The notes under the pieces were generated by a model. The model was not told the origin of the DNA. It did no database searches and saw only the letters and a program-made list of their open reading frames with translations. The translations under genes and the position numbers were made by a program. From NCBI GenBank assembly GCA_050173015.1, contig JBFXLE010000013.1, positions 1-64,000 on the forward strand: a stretch of DNA of 64,000 nucleotides, in the 5' to 3' direction. Origin of the DNA: Calditrichaceae bacterium (GTDB taxonomy: Bacteria > Calditrichota > Calditrichia > Calditrichales > JBFXGD01). This document shows, in pieces, positions 10,203 to 18,087 of this stretch (its first letter is position 1; every line of letters starts with the position of its first letter).

Positions 10203-11009
10203 TTAAATCCTGTCAGAGCTGCAGGGTGTTAAATGCTTTAATTCGTACTCAAGATCAGAAGGAATGATACGATAAAACCACCCTTTAAAATATGGATCCT
10301 TTTCGATAATCTGTTTATCTTTTAACAAGTGATCATTTATTTCTATGATTCTGCCCGTCATCGGCGCGAGAATATTGTGCACAATGCTATCAGAAGTGAC
10401 AAGTTGGGCGCATGCATTGCCCTGAACAATTTCCTCATCCATGTTTGCGAGTTCTATATGGTCGATGCTGTCAACCGTTCTCAAAAGCAAATCAGTTATG
10501 CCCGTTAATACAGAACCGTCGTGTTCAATGTACAACCAGCTTCCATAGCCAAGACGGAAATATTTTGCTGGACAAGGGACATAGATAATCGATGAATCAT
10601 TTTTTATTAAATTTGCTGATTTTAATGATTTATTTATTTCAGCATATTTTAAACCCCTGAAAACAGAACTCAACAGTTCATCTACCGTAAACGGTTTTGG
10701 CAGAAAATCTATCGCGCCCGTATATAAGGATTTTACGGCGTTCTCTACTGTGGAATACCCGGTAGTCATTATCACCGGAGAATCCAGATTCTGAGGTATA
10801 ATCTCATCAAGAAACATAAATCCATCCATCTCGGGAAGCATAATATCACAGATAATCAGCCGATACTGATTTTTTGCTATTTTATTCAATCCTTCAGTCG
10901 CGTCAAGTGAAGAATCAACACTAAATCCTTCAGTGCTGCATAGCTTGATTACGGAATCAATAATCACCTGTTCATCATCAATAATAAGTATGTCATAATC
11001 TTTGCTCAT
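10203..11009 (-). CDS. Soluble response regulator: REC-GcvH-like domain (no lipoyl Lys)
   Basis: REC motifs IDDE, D55 (CDIMLP), TGY, KPF; C-terminal SW..GITD..IEL..APMTGRIIEIN..DPYFKGWFYRI is GcvH-like. Confidence 0.85.
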   Translation of the reverse strand: MSKDYDILIIDDEQVIIDSVIKLCSTEGFSVDSSLDATEGLNKIAKNQYRLIICDIMLPEMDGFMFLDEIIPQNLDSPVIMTTGYSTVENAVKSLYTGAIDFLPKPFTVDELLSSVFRGLKYAEINKSLKSANLIKNDSSIIYVPCPAKYFRLGYGSWLYIEHDGSVLTGITDLLLRTVDSIDHIELANMDEEIVQGNACAQLVTSDSIVHNILAPMTGRIIEINDHLLKDKQIIEKDPYFKGWFYRIIPSDLEYELKHLTPCSSDRI

Positions 11010-11023
11010 ATGGATTCCTGATT

Positions 11024-12895
11024 TTAACTAGCCGACCTGGTGGCCGGGATTCTTATCGTAAAGGTTGTGCCTTCCCCAATATTGCTGTCAACGGTAATGG
11101 TACCGTTATGATTGTCAATAATCCCCCAGATAACCGCAAGACCTAACCCGGTTCCCCGTTGCCCCTTTGTTGAATAAAAAGGTTCAAATATGCGGTAGAG
11201 ATTTTCTTTGGGTATGCCGCAACCGGAGTCAGAGATTTTAACTTCTATAAATTCTTTTTTCCCTTCCAGTTCAATCATCTTCCAGTTTTGCCAGCCGCAA
11301 TCTCTGTTTGTGCAGCCTACAAACTCACCCTGTGTCGGGATTTCAAATGAATATACAGAAGATGCGCATTTTGGGCACTTGTTGTTTTTTTCGATCAGCG
11401 AAACATCGCAATGCGGGCACATTAACTGAAGTGTCTTGTTCTTGCTATATTCGATACCGAAATAATGTCTCGATTTTCCATAGATAGGGTCAAGATTTAC
11501 AATACCGGAGCTGCCGTTTGAAAGAGCTTTTAATTTTATCGAAGGTAAACCGTCTATTTTAATTTCATTGTCGATAAGGCTGTGTCCCTTCGGGCACGCG
11601 GCTCGCTTGATTTGCATATAACCTTTAGGCGGCACATACAGTAGCGTTGTTGACACATTTATGTTTCCACCGTTCTTCCCGATGGCGTCATTCGCATTGA
11701 CTACCAGATTTATAAATACCTGTTCAATCTGATTGGCGTCGATGGTTACTCTTGGCAATTTTAAATCAAGATTTTTAACAATTTTAACATTGTTAATGGC
11801 AAGCTGGTTCTCTACCACACCGATCGCGTGATTAAGTATTTCATTGATGTTTGCATTATTCTTTTTCGGAACCGATTGTCTGGCAAAATCAAGCAGTCCT
11901 TTTACAATTTCCCTGCTTCTTTTTGTTTCTCTGACAATGACTTCCAAATCTGACTGCAAATCGGAATTACCCTTGGTTCTCTTTAACAAAAAACTGCTGT
12001 AAGTTAAGATTCCGGTCAACGGATTGTTAATCTCATGCGCGACACCGGCGGCGAGACGGCCAAGCGATGCCAGTTTATCCGACTGGAATAACTGCATTCT
12101 GGCTTCAGATAATTTTTGAGTCATATTGTTAAATGAACGGGCAAGCATTCCCAATTCATCATTGCTGTGTTCTTTGATCGTGTAGCTCAGGTTTCCGGCA
12201 GCGACATTTTTTGTAGCCTGAAGAAGCGTATTCACCGGCTTGTCCACTAAACTTCTCACGAAGTACCATACCGTCCCACTCAATAGAATGATGGCAATGA
12301 TGGCGAACATAAGCATCTTGAATTTTGTTGATGCAATTTGATTATCAATTGCCTTGATGGAAATAGTGACATCAAGGACACCCAGCACTGTCCTTTCAGA
12401 TGGGTGCGCATGGCATTGGGCTTCCCAGCAGGATGGTTCATTATAAATCGGATTAATGATACCTAACACCCTTGAAGAATCGGGGGCTAATTTATAGACA
12501 CGCGTGCGCTTGTCAATCTCAAGTTTTTCCAGGGGTTTATTGGCCGCGTGGCAAGCATAGCATGCTTCGGTTTTTTTATCAACCATATGGCCGATGGCGG
12601 TGGTATCAGAAGAATAGATGATCTCACCTTCTTTATTAAAAACCCTGACTTCATTGATGCATGGTTGATTCCCGATGGTCTGTATAATGTTATGAATATG
12701 CGCGCGTTCGTTAAGAAGCATCCCGTATCTTGTGCTGTTCTTCACCGTTTCGCTTAACTGATTGACATGCCTCTCCACCTCATCAAAAAGAGCCTTGCTC
12801 TGAGATTGCACATTCAGATAGGCAAATACGAAGATGATGATAATGGTAGCCGTTCCCACAGCTGAAATTAATTTGAATCCTATTTTCTTGAACAT
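11024..12895 (-). CDS. Sensor histidine kinase with periplasmic heme-c motifs, HAMP, HisKA and HATPase with Cys-rich insertion
   Basis: Two TM helices flanking CYACH and CWEAQCH; HAMP (DELGMLARSFNNM); H-box AHEINNPL; N-box NLVVNANDA; DSGCGI, FEPFYSTK, GTGLGL. Confidence 0.92.
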   Translation of the reverse strand: MFKKIGFKLISAVGTATIIIIFVFAYLNVQSQSKALFDEVERHVNQLSETVKNSTRYGMLLNERAHIHNIIQTIGNQPCINEVRVFNKEGEIIYSSDTTAIGHMVDKKTEACYACHAANKPLEKLEIDKRTRVYKLAPDSSRVLGIINPIYNEPSCWEAQCHAHPSERTVLGVLDVTISIKAIDNQIASTKFKMLMFAIIAIILLSGTVWYFVRSLVDKPVNTLLQATKNVAAGNLSYTIKEHSNDELGMLARSFNNMTQKLSEARMQLFQSDKLASLGRLAAGVAHEINNPLTGILTYSSFLLKRTKGNSDLQSDLEVIVRETKRSREIVKGLLDFARQSVPKKNNANINEILNHAIGVVENQLAINNVKIVKNLDLKLPRVTIDANQIEQVFINLVVNANDAIGKNGGNINVSTTLLYVPPKGYMQIKRAACPKGHSLIDNEIKIDGLPSIKLKALSNGSSGIVNLDPIYGKSRHYFGIEYSKNKTLQLMCPHCDVSLIEKNNKCPKCASSVYSFEIPTQGEFVGCTNRDCGWQNWKMIELEGKKEFIEVKISDSGCGIPKENLYRIFEPFYSTKGQRGTGLGLAVIWGIIDNHNGTITVDSNIGEGTTFTIRIPATRSAS

Positions 12896-13059
12896 CTTAC
12901 TTTTCCAGGTGTCAATTTTTATTAACTATTAAGATTGTGGGCGGTATGCAGACAACAATATTCAAGGGATTACCCGCGCGACTAAGCAATGCATACCGTC
13001 AAAACCAATCTTACTATCATTACTGATATTACGAAACAATTCTATTCCTGTTCAATAGT

Positions 13060-14223
13060 TTAAAGTTTTGATTTTATCAAGCTACCGGGTTTTTTCGCCG
13101 GATACTTATAATCATCATGACAGTTGTCACATGTTGGTTTTTTGTTAAAATTGGAATCAATATGACATGATTCACAATCCATGGAACCATGGTTTTCATC
13201 AAGTACTAATCCGGTTACACGATGCTTAAAGGATTCAGGATTCCAGTTTTTGTGACAGCTTGTGCATGTAGGTTTCAAACTTGAAAAGATTTTACTCTCG
13301 CCATGACAAGTCTGACATTTTAAGGATGCGTGATAGCTTTTGAGAGGCCATTTTGCAGTAACCGAATGGTCAAACGGACCTTTTTGCTCACTGCTGTGAC
13401 ATTTGGTACAAGCATCATCAGCGTGACAGGCGAAACAGCTCTCATGTTTTTCATCAGCTGATTTCTTAACAGTTATCGGCTTGGCCGGGGCGGCCTGCTC
13501 TTTATAAGTTGATTTTGAAAGGTCGTGACAGCGACTGCAGCTCTCATTTGTATGACAATCCACACATTTAAATCCAAACTTTCCTGAATGTTCATTATGA
13601 TAGAAAGTTACATATTTACCCTCTTTGGCCGCGGTTTCGTACACCACTTTATCCGGTTCTTTAATTTTTGGATGTTTTGAGCCAATAATATCGCTTTTAT
13701 CCATAATCTTTGCATCGGGAACTTCCGTCCCTTTTAAAGCATGGCATACATTGCAGTCCGTTGTATGGCTCCATTCGCGGTGACAGCTTAAACACTGCCG
13801 GTGGTAAGCGCCTTTTAGACCCGGTTTACTAAGATCATCTCTCATGGGCGCTACTTCGTGGCATTCCTTACACGCGGCGATTCTACCGGGAGGGTTATGA
13901 TGATGACATGACACACAGCTTCCGGACATTTGTCCCATTTCAGCATGCAACTTATGCGGGAAAACGGTCGGTTCGTAAATATTAGATAAAATATCAATGT
14001 TTAATGTGTCGGGTCCCTCTTCAGGGGTATGGTGAATTGTTACCACATTCCGTTTGAATTCAGGACAGCATGTTAAACATGGGTCCGCTTCCGTCGGGTT
14101 ATCACAGCTGTGACAGGATTTGCAATCCAGGGCAAGTTTAGAATGATGCTCTTTGCTCACAGTCTGAGCAAACAACGGGGTAATGATGAGTAAAAAGCCA
14201 ATAATCAGATTTAATTTTTTCAT
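13060..14223 (-). CDS. Periplasmic multiheme cytochrome c (13 CxxCH; cytochrome c3-like domains)
   Basis: Sec signal; CKSCH, CVSCH, CKECH, CLSCH, CNVCH, CVDCH, CSRCH, CFACH, CTKCH, CQTCH, CTSCH, CESCH, CDNCH; FxHxxH distal-ligand motifs; LKGAYHRQC. Confidence 0.93.
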   Translation of the reverse strand: MKKLNLIIGFLLIITPLFAQTVSKEHHSKLALDCKSCHSCDNPTEADPCLTCCPEFKRNVVTIHHTPEEGPDTLNIDILSNIYEPTVFPHKLHAEMGQMSGSCVSCHHHNPPGRIAACKECHEVAPMRDDLSKPGLKGAYHRQCLSCHREWSHTTDCNVCHALKGTEVPDAKIMDKSDIIGSKHPKIKEPDKVVYETAAKEGKYVTFYHNEHSGKFGFKCVDCHTNESCSRCHDLSKSTYKEQAAPAKPITVKKSADEKHESCFACHADDACTKCHSSEQKGPFDHSVTAKWPLKSYHASLKCQTCHGESKIFSSLKPTCTSCHKNWNPESFKHRVTGLVLDENHGSMDCESCHIDSNFNKKPTCDNCHDDYKYPAKKPGSLIKSKL

Positions 14224-15464
14224 TTTGAAACCCCTCGAATAGCGAATTTTGTTTTTGGCTTATATCCTTTAACCGGTTGGCTTATCACAGGGAAAATCAA
14301 AACAAGTGCGCGGTACAATAATACTTCGAGAGCGATAAAGCCTACCGTGACGGAAATTTCACCGATTGACGGGAAATATGAATTCATTGCGTAAGGGGGT
14401 GTGTAGGCAATGAGAAATGTATTAATTCTGTTTAACAAAACTCCGAATATCACTAAAAGTGAGGCGGTAAACAACCAGTTTGGCGACTTCAGAGCTTTAT
14501 TCGAGAGGAAAATCCTTAGAGGGATGATCACGCCAAACAGCATTTCTATAATAAACATGATGCTTTCGAGATTGAAATCCAATAAATAGACATATGTTTC
14601 GCGTATAACCATGTCCCCTATTTTAAAGGCAAGGTAAATTCCCAACAATGGGCCTATTATCCGTCCTAAATTGGAGAGTACATGCATTTCCCTTTTTAAG
14701 CCGAAGGATTTTGAAGCGATCATGGACTCAAGGACGACCATTGGAAAACCCACTGAGATCGCTGAAAGTAAAAACAAAAGCGGCGCGATTGGAGTTTGCC
14801 AAAGAGGGTGAATCTTAGAACCTGCTAAGATCATCAGTGTTCCGAGTGATGACTGATGCAGACAGGATAGCACAACACCGGCAATCAAAAAGATAAACAT
14901 AAACGGATTCAGAATTTTATCAAGAAATTTTAACAGGGATTCCAAAGGTTTTACAAGGCCTGCCAGAAACCCGTTTAAATGCACCTGTCCTTTGAATCGT
15001 TCAATGACAACGGGGATAAATTCAATGTATAAAACAGTAAGATATGTCATGACGCATATACCTACTTCGAACAGCGCTGAATTCCCGTTCCACATATACA
15101 TAACGTGATAAATAGAATAATATCGTCCAAGGTCAATAAAAACTCCAAGAGCGACAAAGGTATATCCCAACATGGCTGTTAGCAGAGCGGGGCGCACTAT
15201 CACGTGATAGTCTCCTCTGTGGAAAACATGTCCGAGGGCGGCAGTCGTAAAACCTCCCGCGGCAAGGGCTACCCCCGCGGCCACATCAATGCCGATCCAG
15301 ATACCCCATGGGTGCTGATTATCCAGATTGGTCACAGCGCCGAGTCCAAAGACGAATCTCATCAACGCGAATATCAGGCCGTTTACAGCTAGTATCGTCA
15401 AGAAAATTACACCGGGTGTAAAAAATTTTTTTTCAATACGAGCAGGTTTAATCATTTCTTCCAT
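14220..15464 (-). CDS. NrfD/HybB/HmcC-family quinone-interacting membrane subunit
   Basis: PWGIWIGIDV..GVALAAGGF, DLGRY, SALFEV, LHQSSLG; about 10 TM helices. Confidence 0.92.
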   Translation of the reverse strand: MEEMIKPARIEKKFFTPGVIFLTILAVNGLIFALMRFVFGLGAVTNLDNQHPWGIWIGIDVAAGVALAAGGFTTAALGHVFHRGDYHVIVRPALLTAMLGYTFVALGVFIDLGRYYSIYHVMYMWNGNSALFEVGICVMTYLTVLYIEFIPVVIERFKGQVHLNGFLAGLVKPLESLLKFLDKILNPFMFIFLIAGVVLSCLHQSSLGTLMILAGSKIHPLWQTPIAPLLFLLSAISVGFPMVVLESMIASKSFGLKREMHVLSNLGRIIGPLLGIYLAFKIGDMVIRETYVYLLDFNLESIMFIIEMLFGVIIPLRIFLSNKALKSPNWLFTASLLVIFGVLLNRINTFLIAYTPPYAMNSYFPSIGEISVTVGFIALEVLLYRALVLIFPVISQPVKGYKPKTKFAIRGVSK

Positions 15465-15473
15465 TATCGCCTC

Positions 15474-16367
15474 CTACTCAACTTCTTCTTTGTTCTTATT
15501 GATCCACATGATACCGCCAAGAAGCGCATAAAGAGATACCGGTGGGATAAAATATTTAAATATTGCGTGCTGAATGGCTTCCGAAACACCTGGCGCCGGG
15601 TTTTCAGCTAATTTTGGGAAATCCAGATCAGAGAAATCTGTCGATGAAAGATACAACCATGATGTTCCGCCGACTTCTTTCTCACCGTAAATATGGTCAA
15701 AATATTTATCGGGATTTTTACTGATTCTTTCACGGGCGATTTTTAGCAGATCGGAACGTTTGCCAAAGGTCAGAGCTTCCACCGGACACATTTCTACACA
15801 TGCCGGAAGCAAACCTTCTTTTGTTCTTTCAAAACAAAAATCACATTTTTGTACCTGTGGTGTGAGGGCATTTTTGTACTCATAGGATGGAATCTGAAAA
15901 GGACAGGCGACCATACAGTAACGGCAGCCGATACACTTGTTGACATCATAGATCACTGATCCGTTCTCTTCTTTGGAAAACGCGCCTACAATACATGCGG
16001 ACACGCAAGCCGGGTGATCGCAGTGCATGCACTGAACCTTGACGTTTATGGGATATTTGCCCCCGTTATTGTTGTCATATTCATTAACAACAGTGTGACC
16101 GTCAATATCCGGCCTTCTTAAATTTTTGAAAACTGACCGGTCATCATAAGATTCAATGGATCCGGTAGGGAAATCATGCGCCTTTTTGCAGGCATACTCA
16201 CATTTGCGGCAACCAATGCAGACAGTTGTATCAACCAGGACACCGTTCCTGTCTTCCAGCAACACATTCTTTGGGGCGGCCTTCGCCTGTTTGGCTCCCA
16301 CACCGGTTAAACCGGCACCGACCAATCCGGCGGTTTTGAAAAAATCGCGTCGGCTCTGTTTACCCAT
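15474..16367 (-). CDS. Tat-exported 4x[4Fe-4S] protein, HybA/HmcB family
   Basis: SRRDFFK Tat signal; CIGCRKCEYAC, CMHCDHPACVSAC, CIGCRYCMVACP, CDFC..PACVEMCP; C-terminal TM anchor. Confidence 0.93.
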   Translation of the reverse strand: MGKQSRRDFFKTAGLVGAGLTGVGAKQAKAAPKNVLLEDRNGVLVDTTVCIGCRKCEYACKKAHDFPTGSIESYDDRSVFKNLRRPDIDGHTVVNEYDNNNGGKYPINVKVQCMHCDHPACVSACIVGAFSKEENGSVIYDVNKCIGCRYCMVACPFQIPSYEYKNALTPQVQKCDFCFERTKEGLLPACVEMCPVEALTFGKRSDLLKIARERISKNPDKYFDHIYGEKEVGGTSWLYLSSTDFSDLDFPKLAENPAPGVSEAIQHAIFKYFIPPVSLYALLGGIMWINKNKEEVE

Positions 16368-16483
16368 TTTTAACTCCTTGTATTCAATTCCAAAATAATA
16401 ATTTCACAAGATTGGCACAACATATAAATATATCTTCAAAAATCCTTAATATTATTTAAATCCGATTTGCTATGTGTGTTGAC

Positions 16484-16499
16484 AGCAAAAGTTGTGCCT
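16484..16499 (-). promoter_or_regulatory. Sigma-54 (-24/-12) promoter of the FeS/NrfD/cytochrome operon
   Basis: Minus strand AGGCACAACTTTTGCT = GG-N10-GC, matching TGGCAC-N5-TTGC, about 117 bp upstream of the ATG. Confidence 0.72.
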
Positions 16500-17143
16500 T
16501 TATTTTGAAAAGGGCGTTTTTACAAGATATGATCTGTTAAATGCAGGGCTGAGCCGATTCTTGCGGGAGCAACATTTTAATTTTTTCAGGTTGGAAATAA
16601 TAATTTCCGGATTAGTGAATAAAGTGTTTCAAAAAGTGTTTCATACGAGATATTTAAAATAGTATGTTTCAAAACCTGTTAAGCAATGTTAACATGATAA
16701 AAATAAATGAATTAGCATTCAATTATGAAACATTTTGTTCCTATATTCCTGATTCCATGTGTTTTTTTGCATATGATTACCGGATAAATATATATAAAAA
16801 TCAAAATTAATTATAAACGAATGTCTGTTTCTAATGTATGCGAACCGAACCGATATGTCGTGTTGCTCAGCGGAGTTGAAATCCAATTTGAGTATATTTG
16901 TACCAAATAAAATAATTTCAAATACATTTTTCCTATTTTTAGTAAAAACTTCTTTATTTCACAGATAAAACCCTTCGTTAAATACAATACTGCAGATGTT
17001 AAAGTTAAGAAATTGATTGATTTAACCACGGTTGCTTATGGATTTGCTGAAATGAAATTAACTGAATAAAATTAATTGAATGAATGGTATAATATTTGTA
17101 ACTTTAAAATTCAATAACATTGCAAGCGGAGGACTAATAAAGA

Positions 17144-18022
17144 ATGTATAAAATTGTAGAAGCCGGCTTTCTTGCGGAAAATATTAAACGATTTGTGATT
17201 CAAGCGCCGAGAATTGCCAGTAAACGAAAAGCGGGTCAGTTTGTCATTATAAGAATTGACGATCATGGTGAAAGAATCCCTCTAACCATCGCGGATTCTG
17301 ATAAAGAAAAGGGAACGATTACGATTATTGTCCAGGGAATTGGAAAAACGACAACCGCGCTGAATATGAAAGAAGCGGGAGATCAGATACTGGATGTGGT
17401 CGGGCCTTTGGGACATGAATCTGAAATTGAAAAATTTGGTACTGTCGTCAGTATTGGCGGTGGTGTGGGAACGGCGATTGCATTTCCGACAGCCGTTGCC
17501 CTAAAAGATGCCGGAAATTATGTAATTACCATTAACGGCGCCAGAAACAAAGATATGGTTATCCTGGAAGACGAGATGCGGTCGGTCAGTGATGAAGCAT
17601 ATGTTACTACAGATGACGGATCCTATGGTTTCCACGGTTTTGTAACCCAGAAACTGCAGGAATTGCTCGATTCCGGCAAAAAGATTGATTTTGTTCTGGC
17701 CATCGGTCCGATCCCGATGATGAAAGCGGTCGCTGAGGTCACACGTCCTTTTAATATTAAAACAGTTGTCAGTTTAAATCCCATTATGGTTGATGGTACC
17801 GGAATGTGCGGTGGGTGCCGGGTTGTCGTGGGTAATGAGTCTAAGTTTGCCTGTGTTGACGGTCCGGAATTTGACGCGCATCTTGTTGATTTCAAAAATC
17901 TTTCCGACCGAAACAAGATGTACGCAAAATACGAGAACTTATCATTGCAAAAATTTAAGCATGAATGCAATCTGGATAAACAGGCTAAGGCGCATAAGGA
18001 ACTAGAGCAGGTTGAGAGCTGA
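17144..18022 (+). CDS. nfnA: NfnA (NfnS), small subunit of electron-bifurcating transhydrogenase
   Basis: GQFVI, ERIPLTI, GGGVG, DGTGMCGGCR and CVDGPEF [2Fe-2S] motif; adjacent to an NfnB-like gene. Confidence 0.9.
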   Translation: MYKIVEAGFLAENIKRFVIQAPRIASKRKAGQFVIIRIDDHGERIPLTIADSDKEKGTITIIVQGIGKTTTALNMKEAGDQILDVVGPLGHESEIEKFGTVVSIGGGVGTAIAFPTAVALKDAGNYVITINGARNKDMVILEDEMRSVSDEAYVTTDDGSYGFHGFVTQKLQELLDSGKKIDFVLAIGPIPMMKAVAEVTRPFNIKTVVSLNPIMVDGTGMCGGCRVVVGNESKFACVDGPEFDAHLVDFKNLSDRNKMYAKYENLSLQKFKHECNLDKQAKAHKELEQVES

Positions 18023-18087
18023 TCCAGGTATTTGGAAATCTAATAATATTCATAAGAATTAATTCTAAATAAAAAAATGGTGAACGA

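Noticed and set aside
8968-11009. Glycine cleavage system or sHdr/LbpA sulfur-oxidation locus
   Set aside because: The H-like domains lack the lipoyl Lys and are fused to REC; no gcvT/P/L, lipoate ligase or hdr genes are present
14220-16367. Hydrogenase-2 (hyb) operon
   Set aside because: No small or large NiFe subunit and no maturation genes in the window
16412-16428. Plus-strand TTGGCACAAC as a sigma-54 promoter for nfnA
   Set aside because: No GC at -12 (GG-N10-AA) and more than 700 bp from nfnA; a TGGTATAAT extended -10 at 17085-17093 is a better candidate
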